Source: Glycera tridactyla (taxonomy: Eukaryota). Taken from it: a stretch of 64,000 nucleotides of DNA. Under the pieces are notes generated by a model. That model did not search any database. It was not told the DNA's origin and was given only the letters and a program-made list of their open reading frames with translations. The first letter of the stretch is position 1; every line of letters starts with the position of its first letter. The stretch spans positions 64,666,001-64,730,000 of the forward strand of contig OZ286473.1 of assembly GCA_965644265.1 (NCBI GenBank), read 5' to 3'. Both the position numbers and the translations under genes were made by a program. Below, in pieces: positions 1-10,499 of the stretch.

Positions 1-256
1 CAGAGGGAGAGAGAGAGGCTACATGCATACATCACTACCACCAACAGCATCAGGCAGAACGTATGAGAGTGGAAGTACCGTTGCATGCGGCAGCTCCTGT
101 GAGCAGCGCCACCTCGTGTTTCTTCATGTCATGAATATTGTGCAGTTTAACATCATGTGATGGCGCCCGCATGTAGGTAACCGTCTCGCAACTCTGAGAG
201 CAAAGGTCACTTTTTCACTGGATATGCCAAAGCTGAAACAGTAGCGACACTGCAAG

Positions 257-3016
257 GTGATGGATAAACGTACCAGGAAACCACACACCAAGAACCAAAA
301 ATCTTCAGGTAGCGTTTTTGATACAAGTAGCTTTAGAAATTTTTTTACTCTGTCTCCGCGTGTCACAATGAGCGATGATAAGGAACATGCTAACTATACA
401 AGTGAAGAGTCACCTGTGCTAAACTCTAGTGTCACGAGTGAGTACTCTGATGAGCTAAATAGTGCTATTGACCCACATAGTAGAGTGAGGTGTGGTACGG
501 AAGAGTCAACGGACCGTGAATTTGACCGTGACGGGTCAACGACTACTGACTCCAACATAACCCTAACTGAGGAGAGCCCCACGCTGAGCAGGAATCCCAC
601 ATTGCGTGGTGATAGCCCTGGTAGTGAATCCACGCTCTCCACGAGTTCGAATCCGACCGCGGTTGAAGGGAGCCCCACATTACGTGGCGTCTTTCCCCCT
701 AGCGGAAGTATGCAACTTATCTCAGGATCGATTACTTTTCTACAAGATTCTGTCGTCCATATCAATAGTGAGGGAGAAAATGATAATACCAGTGATAATG
801 AACCATCCATTGGCACACAAAGTAGGCATGGACTAAGCGATAGCATTGAGATAATATCGACGCCAAAAAACCTGAGACTTGCTGAAAAAAACAAGAACAA
901 TGATCATGAGAACGATACTGAAACGCTCCCATCAATAGCAATTCCAATAAATTTCGACTTCGCAGATGTGGAGATCTCCGAGAAAGTGACTTTTGATGCA
1001 AAAAATCTGATTGAAGATGATAATGACATAGAAAGTGACGAAGCACTACCAATTGAATATTTGTCAACGTCTAAACATGCTACCAACCTCAGACAAGTGA
1101 AACTGGGGGACGTAAGTAAACAAGAGAGGAAACGCATTAGAGAATGCGTCTCACCTGAATCACTTGCATCAAACAGTATAGATAAAAAACCAAAAATCAT
1201 AACTAGTCCAGAGTCAAACGTTGATCATGCAGATCAATCCATGATATCCATGGACGATACAACTGATAATCTCCTTCCGCCATCTTTTGTCCCTGGAGAT
1301 CATCATAAAGCCCTAGAGGATATAATTCAAGGGAATTCTCCAGCAAACTCATGTAGCCAAGTGAGCGAAACCAAAGTGTCAACGATGACCAATGACCAAT
1401 CAAGTGGGAATCTCACATTGCGTGAAGACTATCCCCCTGTAGCTGCTAGTGGCGACACAACGATTGATGAAAATAGAGATGATCACCACGCGATGACATC
1501 GAACCAACCTGTCTCTCATAAAGATGCATCAAATGATACACCTAGTTCACCCATGTTACCTAAGTCGATCGTAAATGATGAATGGCTACTGATACTAAAA
1601 GAGGATATCAAAAAGGAATTACGTGAAGAACTGGTAAAATCTATCAGACCTGAACTTGCTTGCGAAATAAAACACGAGATGAGACTTGAAATGAAATCGG
1701 ATATCATCGCCGACCTAAAGGCTGAAATGAACATCTCCATTGCTAATACAGTGATTCCGAACATTGAAAAGAAGCTTGAGAAGAATATGTGCAAACTGAT
1801 TGAAAAGGAATGTACGAAGAAAGTCGAAATAATATCGAAAACGAAAAAAGATGAACTGGGCAAGGAACTACACAAAAACATCACTGAAGAAACTGTAAAA
1901 GAGCTTGTAAAACAGGAGCAGAAACTGAAGATGCTACAAAAGGAGATCAAGTCGATCATCAATAAAACAGTGGAACCCCATGTCGAAGGGCATACCAGGG
2001 AGATAGATATCGAAAAGATCAAGACAAGAATTGAACAACTGGAACTCTCGGACAGACTTACCACCGTAGTTTTGGAAGGAATTGACATTGATCCCAATTA
2101 CTCAATTACAGATAATGTGTCGTACTTCATTCAAAATAGTCTTGGCATTAATATGAACAATTCGCATATTGCGAAATGTACCTTTATTGGAGGGACTGGT
2201 AAACCCTCCAAACAAATTCTTGTTCGCTTTAAAGATGTAGACTTGAAGCGGAAAGTCATGAAAATGAAAGGAATGTTAACAGGTACGAATAAGTTTGTGA
2301 AAGAGTTCCTGATTGCCAGGAACAATAGTATCTTCTACTCGGCTAGACAAGCTAGGAAGAAAAATATTTTCCACAGAGTATGGTCTCATGATGGGGTTAT
2401 TTGGGCCACTCGTACACCAACCAGTCTGCCTGAACTTGTGACTGAAACGACTGAAAACGTGACTGACAACCCTGATAATATAGGTACTGTTAATCAGAAT
2501 CAAATTGAAATTCAAACTGATAGGGAAGCAGACCCGGTTGAAGCACCCTTATCAGATGATAATTCTCGAGCAAATGAACAAAACACGAACAGTCAGGCGA
2601 AAGGCTCAGAACCTGAACAGATTGGCGAACAATCAAAAAAGATGACACATACACAAAAATTCCATCAAAGAATAGTCGATGAACAGATGAAAAAGGCAGA
2701 AAATCGAAGAGAAAATTCAATTAATTACTACAGTGTAAAGGATATGACTAACTCACACACTCAAAATCGTTATCCCAATCAATTTCAAGACATGAATAAT
2801 TATAACCAAAACCACTACCCCAGAAGCAGGTTGCGCTATAATGCACCACCTTTCGTATCCAACAGGCCTAGTTTCCCAAACCAACCGGCACACATATCAG
2901 CTCCCCACCTAGCGTGGACCGCCGGCAGCGGGAATAACAACAATCAATCGTACCCCGCGCAGTCAGGCACACCGTGGCGAACTCAACAATTCCAACACCC
3001 GCCTTATTGGTATTAA
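257..3016 (+). CDS. LINE ORF1 protein (919 aa): low-complexity N-terminus, coiled coil, L1/L2-type RRM and C-terminal domain, N/Q/P-rich tail
   Basis: K/E-rich heptads (LKEDIKKELREELVK...IKTRIEQLE) followed by DRLTTVVLEGID...QILVRFKDVDLKRKVMK...KFVKEFL...RVWSHDGVIW, the pattern of Transposase_22-like ORF1 proteins of L2/Crack-type LINEs; lies upstream of APE-RT. Confidence 0.8.
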   Translation: MMDKRTRKPHTKNQKSSGSVFDTSSFRNFFTLSPRVTMSDDKEHANYTSEESPVLNSSVTSEYSDELNSAIDPHSRVRCGTEESTDREFDRDGSTTTDSNITLTEESPTLSRNPTLRGDSPGSESTLSTSSNPTAVEGSPTLRGVFPPSGSMQLISGSITFLQDSVVHINSEGENDNTSDNEPSIGTQSRHGLSDSIEIISTPKNLRLAEKNKNNDHENDTETLPSIAIPINFDFADVEISEKVTFDAKNLIEDDNDIESDEALPIEYLSTSKHATNLRQVKLGDVSKQERKRIRECVSPESLASNSIDKKPKIITSPESNVDHADQSMISMDDTTDNLLPPSFVPGDHHKALEDIIQGNSPANSCSQVSETKVSTMTNDQSSGNLTLREDYPPVAASGDTTIDENRDDHHAMTSNQPVSHKDASNDTPSSPMLPKSIVNDEWLLILKEDIKKELREELVKSIRPELACEIKHEMRLEMKSDIIADLKAEMNISIANTVIPNIEKKLEKNMCKLIEKECTKKVEIISKTKKDELGKELHKNITEETVKELVKQEQKLKMLQKEIKSIINKTVEPHVEGHTREIDIEKIKTRIEQLELSDRLTTVVLEGIDIDPNYSITDNVSYFIQNSLGINMNNSHIAKCTFIGGTGKPSKQILVRFKDVDLKRKVMKMKGMLTGTNKFVKEFLIARNNSIFYSARQARKKNIFHRVWSHDGVIWATRTPTSLPELVTETTENVTDNPDNIGTVNQNQIEIQTDREADPVEAPLSDDNSRANEQNTNSQAKGSEPEQIGEQSKKMTHTQKFHQRIVDEQMKKAENRRENSINYYSVKDMTNSHTQNRYPNQFQDMNNYNQNHYPRSRLRYNAPPFVSNRPSFPNQPAHISAPHLAWTAGSGNNNNQSYPAQSGTPWRTQQFQHPPYWY

Positions 3017-3742
3017 CAGTATATGATCGATGGCATACGTTCCCTTGTACCGCCGTCACTATGATTTCACAACTCCAACAAAGAGAGTAAGTCGATCTGA
3101 ATTTGTAAATTCATTGTGGATCTTGGTCGCTTCAACTGTCATGAATATATCACCCTTGTATTACCAGATATAATTATAGTGCTCTCTAAAAATGGCGTAA
3201 ATGAACAATTCTATTACACTATCATACCTGAAGTACAGTAATATATATGTGACAGAGAGTTTTGATAATATGTAAATATTATAAGGCTATGGGTTCAGTT
3301 GAATCCGAAATACTTTCACAGCCAGAATATGAGGAGTAAAGGGTGCTCTGCTCGACCGTGTTTGGTCACGCCTGAGTGGGGGTGATTTGGTACACCCAGT
3401 GGTCGCTATGAGAAATATACCCTCTTGAAGTGGACCAGATTTAAAATAACGATTTCTCATTGTTAGTAATGTTTCTCAAAAATTAGATCTATTGATATGT
3501 CCATCAGGTATCCTACATGCAATATTGAAGTGGAGAGGTCCTTGTACCTGTCCACTTTGGTAACGTTTGAATAAATAATGCATGGGTGTCTTTAATCCAA
3601 TCCATGTCCCATATACCTACATAACCAATGCCATTTGACGGTATATAGATAATCTCGGTTAATCAAATACACACTCTTATCAGTTATTATCAAGATTTAA
3701 TGATAACATAAACTAAGCAATAATACCTGACCAAATCCATCT

Positions 3743-4582
3743 TTGTTACAGGAATGCAATGCGGCTGTGCAGAAAATGGCTGAGGACCATCTAAATGCTC
3801 ACGGGCCAGACAAACTGATGAAAGCGAAACACGTTCTCATGAAGTATGGTCATCCTAAAATCCTCTTCATTGGATCTTCGCATGTGGTTCATATGACTAA
3901 AGCCATACGCCATCTACCGGCTACCTGTGAACTTAAGCCTTTCCTAATGGACACAGTTGAGCTAGGAGTTGGAGGGGCCAAAACATGGAATCTCCTGGAT
4001 AATCTCAAAGGCTTAGGTATGAGTGAAGAAAAAACCCTGAAGTATGGGAACCAATGGGACCCAATCGTGAATTCAGTTTGGAAACCTAATTTCATTGTCC
4101 TCATCATAGGTGGAAATGATAGTGACAACTTTGAAAAATACACATCAACAGCATATGAAGGTCTTGAGCCAATTACGGCGACAAAACAGGCACATGAGGA
4201 CAAAATTCTATGGGATGACGAACTTTTCCCCAGAATATTCAACTTGATAGATGATATCTGTGAGGCGTTCCCAGGTGTTCCTGTGGGACATATCCCTGTT
4301 TTCCCACGTATCTGGTGGGAAGATAATGGTCGAGCGATGGCAGATTGTATGAATTATAAATTCTACGGAATTTTCAAGGTTACCCATCCTGTCCGTTAGC
4401 TGCCAACTAGAACACTGTACTACTACAAAGACAGACCACGTGTGAGCACAGGATATAGGGACGATATCCTACCGGGCTTTCTTGAAAAAGATAATACTCA
4501 CTTGAATAATCTGGGCTACCAGGCAATGATCCGAGATATTCTCCCGAAAATAATGGAACACTGGAGATCACTGAACGAGTGA
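3743..4582 (+). pseudogene. SGNH/GDSL-family esterase ORF interrupted by one in-frame TAG (4397-4399)
   Basis: Block I ILFIGSSH, block II GVGGA, block III IIGGND. After the TAG the same frame continues LPTRTLYYYKDRP...LEKDNTHLNNLGYQAMIRDILPKIMEHWRSLNE* (block V DxxH = DNTH), stop at 4580-4582. Confidence 0.8.
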
Positions 4583-5234
4583 TTAGAATGCCGAGATTGA
4601 TATACCTCTGATTTTGATCACATCGCTATCACAATAATAACGCTCCGTCACGAACCTATATTACTCCCAAAAAGATGTGAAAACTCAACATTGGAAAGGC
4701 AGCATTGGGTTGCCTGACTCCAAAAACCATAATACATCCAACTATATACATGCCACATTAAATAAAGCTATCTTGAACCTGGAGATACAATTGATGATCT
4801 AGTTGAAATAAAATGAAACCATATAAAACACCAACTTTGGTTTGTCTATTTCTCTATAACATATATGAGTGGGCGACATGACCGATTTTGACAAAAGGTG
4901 ACTGGTTGGTTTTCATCATTGTTCCTTTGTACAACAATTGAATGCATGTGTGGATCTATTTTTGAATTTTTTGAATGTGTACATACCCAGATTATAGCAT
5001 GAGGTACCGACGACTGAAGACATCTAGACGAAGTCTACTGCTCTTTCACTCCATCATACTTCTAGCTAGGCCGGATATAGTTACCCGCTTTATAGGAAAT
5101 GTAGTATTATATTATCATAAACTATAATACCCTTAGAGTCTATATGTAACTTTGCTCTCCCATACCACATTATACAGAGCTGTATATTTGTGATCTCTGT
5201 GTGACTGAAATCTCCCACGCACAACATAAGACAA

Positions 5235-8171
5235 ATGCCGTGGAAGCGCAAGCAAAAGTATAGTTTTCCGTTAAATTGTGATATCGATGAACTCGAGTAT
5301 TGTACGAGGGTGTTATCTACCCAACCGGGTATTGTTTCGGGAGCATACAATATACGAAGCATTGTAAGAAAATTTGATGATATTTCCAGTCTACTTCTAA
5401 GAAGCTGTATTGATGTATTAAGCCTGTCAGAAACCTTTTTAAATAGATCTATATCAGACGAGGAAATCTCTATCCCCGGATATAGGTTTATTCGACAGGA
5501 CAGGACAACCAACTGTGGTAAGTTAGGTGGTGGGGGTCTATTAGTGTATTATGAGGACCAATATACTATACATTTGAATGAGGAATTATGTATATGTAAT
5601 TCTTCAATTGAAATAATCACATTCACTCTCGTCCTAGAAAAAGCACGACCGACATATTATTTTTTCGTGTACCATCCACCAGATGGATCTGTGAAGGATG
5701 CACTAATGCACTTATCAGATGTAATCAAACATGAATCATTATCAGATGTATCAGATAAAATTGCTCTTGGAGACATGAACATTGATCTAATGTCAGAGAA
5801 AAATCATAAAACTAAATCTTATCTAGCTACATGTGAAAACCTAGGTCTTCAGCATCTAGTCAAAAACCCAACCAGAGTTTGCAAGGATTCAAGCACCTGT
5901 ATTGACCATTTTTCTGTAAACCGACCGGAATACTACCAACGGATAGGAGTAATAGACCCTTCCTTAAGCGACCACCAACTCGTATACGGAGTTAGGCATC
6001 GCTCTAAACTTGACAAAATGAATAATATGATGGAAATCAGGTCTTTCTCAGTTGAAAAATTTAGTAACGAACTGAAGAATACTGATTGGAGTGCAGTCAC
6101 CAGCAGTGAAGAAATAAACGCTGCGTCAGTATCTTTTGAAAACTTGTTCACCATGGTCATGGAAAAACATGCCCCTAAGAAATTCATTCCCGCAAAAATC
6201 GATCATCAACCCTGGGTGAATCAAGAATATCTGAGTCAAATTGACTACTGTGAATATAGAAGCAAAATAAAGAATAAAAACCCCACGTTAATGAATATTA
6301 AAAAGAAAAAAGAGGCCTATCGAGTTAAGAATCGTCTAAAACGTTCTTTAAAGAAATCTTATATCATGGATTGTCTAAATCGCACACAAGGGGATAGCAA
6401 GAAACTATGGCAAGAAATTAAACGGTTTTGGCCTTTAACACAGAAAATACCAGTTTCTCCAACAAAACCTGATGTTGACGACAAGTATATCATAGCAAAT
6501 GAAGTGAATGAATATTTTGCTTCTGTGGGGTCGAACCTAGCGGAAAAATTTGGAACTACAACAATCGCAGTAGATGACCATGCAATACCGGTAGACTTGG
6601 AATTTGACCTAAAGGAGGTTTCGGTTAATGATATTGAACAGGCTATCAAAGATTTAAGCAACTCAAGCGCATCAGGATGTGACTCCATAAGTAGTTATTT
6701 TATCAAAATATCTGTAAAAATAATTGTCCCTATTTTGACATATTTGATTAACTTATCTATAAGACTCAAACATTTTCCGGAAAATTGGAAACAGGCAATA
6801 ATAACTGTATTACATAAAGGGGGTAAATCCACGGACTACGGTAACTTTAGGCCTATATCTCTACTTTCAGTCATAGGGAAAATAGCAGAACGCGTTGTAC
6901 ACAAACAGACATACGAATATATAAGCTCAAATAATTTATTCAGCCCTGTCCAATTTGGGTTCAGGAAGAGGTCCTCCACCGGCACCTGTCTGTCGATATT
7001 ATTAGACAAAATATATACAGCGGCAGAGAATGGTGAAATTTGTGGGGTCCTCTTCCTGGACCTAAAAAAAGCATTTGACACGGTAAATCATGTCATTTTA
7101 TTGAAGAAATTACAGACCCTTGGTTTCCATAAAAATAGTCTAACATGGTTCGGGTCATATTTAAAGGATAGGACACAGTCTACTAGAATCGGGCAAGTTG
7201 TATCACAAAAAACTAAATTGAATTACGGGGTGCCACAAGGATCCATATTGGGACCGCTGTTATTTTTAATCTACGTGAATGAAATTCTTAGTCATGTAAA
7301 TTTTAGCTTTCCGTTATTATACGCTGATGACACCGCACTTTATGTTTCTTGAAAATCTACGACTGAAATTGAAGAAAAATTGAATAATGACTTATCTAAT
7401 CTAGCAAGTTGGTTCAATGAACTTCAACTAACTGTAAATACGAAGAAGAGCAATGTAATGATTTTTGGCACTTCTCAAAGACTTCGACGAACCCCAGAGA
7501 TTAGTTTGAAATTAAATAATGAAACTATAGAACAAACTACAAAATATAAATATTTAGGTATACAATTGGACTCAAGCCTAACATTTGAATATCACATCAC
7601 CTATCTAATAAATAAAGTAAGCTTCAGGAGGCGTGCTCTCCAATATCTACGTCCATCAATCTCAAAGGACCTATGCCAGTATTTATACATTAGTTTAATT
7701 CATCCACTATATACATACCTGGATTATTTATATGATGGATGTTCTGCCACACAATCTAAGAGATTGCAGGTATCACAAAATAAGTGTCTAAATGTAATAG
7801 TTCAAGGAAATAGAAGATACTCGGCACAAGAACTACATAGTAGTTTGGGCATTCAAGACCTTGCTCTTACAAGGCACAAAAATACAATCATCGAAGTACA
7901 TAAAGATCTAAATACTTCAAACTTACTGAACAGCTATAATTTGTTCAAAATGAGCTCAAATAAAGAAGAACCGATACAAGAAGACAGACGTATTACACGC
8001 AGTAGAAGTAAAGAATCTTTCAATGTCGAAGTAGTTGAAAACAAGCTCCATTTTGCAGACAGGAGTCTTCGTCATCGAGGTGCAGTCTATTGGAATAGAC
8101 TGGATGTAGAAACGAAGCGGTGTGATACTAAAGAAATACTAAAACAACGACTTGCCTCGAAAGTGAATTGA
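5235..8171 (+). pseudogene. LINE ORF2: apurinic endonuclease plus reverse transcriptase, one in-frame TGA at 7350-7352
   Basis: APE motifs YNIRSI, LSETFL, VYHPP, LGDMNID, TCIDHF, LSDHQ; RT motifs FRPISLL, QFGFR, FLDLKKAFDTVNH, GVPQGSILGPLLF, YADDT. ORFs 5235-7352 and 7380-8171 share a frame (YVS*KSTTEIEEKLNND). Confidence 0.93.
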
Positions 8172-8315
8172 TATAAAATTATGCCCGAGATCACTCCATG
8201 GATTGCCCATGTAATGACTCCTGATAGCGAAATAAAAGATTTGATATAAAACTATGCCCGAGATCACTCCATGGATTGCCCATGTAGTGACTCCTGATTT
8301 CGAAATAAATAAATA
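8170..8315 (+). repeat. Tandem 73-bp duplication in LINE 3' UTR
   Basis: GATATAAAA-TATGCCCGAGATCACTCCATGGATTGCCCATGTA unit twice (core at 8194 and 8267); the core recurs at 8392 and 8595. Confidence 0.85.
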
Positions 8316-8909
8316 AAAATGATTGTACACTATAGGAGCCTAAGAAGGATTGATCATGATATCCCCATAGTCGAATGAATATTAAAGGCACCTCCATGGA
8401 CTGCCCATGTAGGGACCTAGGTCTGCAACCAAATCCTGAGCAAAAATTCAAAGTCACATCAGAAGAAAAATGAAGTGAGAATATACATTATCTGAAACAA
8501 TGACAATGACGGACTGAAGAACGAGTGATACTGCTACCTTATAAGAATTTAGACAATAGAATCAATAGAATCACATATACTGATCTCGAGGTACCTCCAT
8601 AGATTGCCTATGTAGTTGCCTGCATTTGAAGAGTTAATGTATAGTTGAGACATAGATTGAATATATGAGTAGAATGAGGGATGGCTGGGAAGTGAGTAAG
8701 AGAGTATTTGACTGTATATTTTGTATATAAGACAGGAACAATTGAGTGTGAAATTGAGGACGCGAATGTAGGAGTGAACAGAATGAATGAATGGTGAAAT
8801 GAATATGATATGGGTATGCACTGTAAAATTGCTCACATTTATAATATATTAGATTCAGCTAGTCACGTTATATTGAAATCATGTATTTTGTCTGCATTAG
8901 CGCGTAATA

Positions 8910-8984
8910 TGACCTCTCGAGGTCAATTGTAATTTTGTACTATACTTATGCAATAAAAACGTTTCTTATCTTATCTTATCTTAT
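8910..8984 (+). other. LINE 3' terminus: stem-loop, polyadenylation signal, microsatellite tail
   Basis: TGACCTCTCGAGGTCA hairpin at 8910-8925; AATAAA at 8952; (CTTAT)4 at 8965-8984. Typical of L2/CR1 3' ends. Confidence 0.8.
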
Positions 8985-9589
8985 GTTGAAATGGCATTAA
9001 AATCACTAGCAAGGTACCACACATAATCATTTGTTTATTTGTTTGAGTTTAACGTCCGTTCCCGAGAAAACAAACCAACAAATAGTCATTTCAAACGTAC
9101 ACCGACTGACAGTCGTGACGGTTAAAACAGTTTTGCAAAGATTCCGTCGTGTTTGGAACGTATAGGTCAAGGCCTACTTGATTTTTTGGGACCATCTCGA
9201 TCTCTGTGAGAGGATGCCCCTGGCCTGACAGGGGGGTTAAGTATGTGACATGATAGATGTGCTCAGCGTATTGAGGGATGTAATGCTGGGATTGACTCAC
9301 TAACCTAAACAGATGAGCATTGAATGTAAATAACCACATTTGTCAATCTTGTGGCAATAGGGATTAACTCACTTAACTACATTCCTGAGAAATGCTGAGC
9401 TCAGGAGATTGCTCACACGCTTACCGTTGATTGCGTAGATGATTAGGTAGTTGGTTTTCTATCTCACCATCGTTGCATGTGCTATATTAAGACGTCCACG
9501 TAATAGGCATAAGTTGAGTTCATTCGGGATTAGTTCTCCGTTAATAAACAAAGGTTCTCTATCGAGTTCATGGTTACCTTTAGCACCAT

Positions 9590-10380
9590 TTGTGCTATAT
9601 TGTGACGCCTAGGTAATTGGCATATGTGGGACCATCGAATATTCCGCCTACTGGGCTCCCAACAGAAGGTGACAATTTATTGAACTCGGACATTCAAGGT
9701 GTTATTTCTGGTCGAAAGTGAGAATCCATCAATTCGACACACTCCCGTTGTCATGCCTGATTAGAGATTGATGGTGGATGGGTGGCTGGTGGGCCTTTTT
9801 GTTTGTTTGTTTCGTTGGGGGTTTAACGGGGGGTTTAATATGTGCTATATTGTGACGCCCATGCAATGGGCATGTTTGAGATCATTCAAGACTTCTCCTT
9901 CTGGGTCCCTAACAGAGGGCGAAAATTTACGACATTCACAAACTCAATGTGGCATTTATGTTATTAGAATGTTGACCTTGGTGTTACCACGTGAGCATGG
10001 GATTGATCCGCATAGCTTCCACTGGGTGTCATTTTTGGTCCCTGTGTTACGCAGCGGACATGGGACAGTTCACTGTATGCTTAGTACTTCCGAAGCACCA
10101 TTCTTAAGGACCTTGAATACATGATGATTTGGCTTTAGAATGGTTGGTTTAGCGGCATGTACCAACCCAGCGGACTATGTATGGTTAAGTTGGTTGGTTT
10201 GTTGGTTGATTGATGGGATGATTCTGGTTTAAGCTGACATCAGCTCCTGTTGTGCTATATTGTGACGCCTGCGCAATTGGGCATGGGTGGGATCATTCAA
10301 GACTCCTCCCTCTGCGTCCCCAACGTGAGGAGAATATTCATGAAATTCACAGACACTCGAGGTCTTCATCTTAGTCAATT
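9590..10380 (-). mobile_element. Cluster of SINE-like family A copies (about 9590-9720, 9780-10120, 10190-10380)
   Basis: Shared core TGTGCTATATTGTGACGCCCATGCAATGGGCATG...ATCATTCAAGAC with (GTTT/GTTG)n tails on the + strand; same core at ~11585, ~13440 and, inverted, at 42826-42980. Confidence 0.65.
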
Positions 10381-10499
10381 CCTAAAACTTCACGTATGGT
10401 GCAAATGTACTTATAGCATCATGCAGCAGGACCATCATCAGTCAAAAATGACTTTTAGAACATCTACATGTATGACTATATAGTGGTCAGTGTTGACTA

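Larger units (their letters stand above)
1..8984 (+). mobile_element. Non-LTR retrotransposon (L2/CR1 group LINE), near full length, three ORFs; 5' end not defined
   Basis: ORF1 257-3016, SGNH ORF 3743-4582 and APE-RT ORF2 5235-8171 are co-oriented. 3' stem-loop at 8910-8925, AATAAA at 8952-8957, (CTTAT)4 tail at 8965-8984. No TSD identifiable; the 5' end may lie at or before the window start. Confidence 0.85.

Noticed and set aside
394-2097. Antisense ORFs (168, 98, 193 aa) over LINE ORF1
   Set aside because: Shadow frames of an A-rich, low-complexity coding strand; no recognisable motifs.
4397-4405. Programmed stop-codon read-through at TAG CTG CCA (and TGA AAA at 7350)
   Set aside because: Contexts do not match known read-through signals (TAG-CARYYA, TGA-CTA); point mutation or assembly error is simpler.
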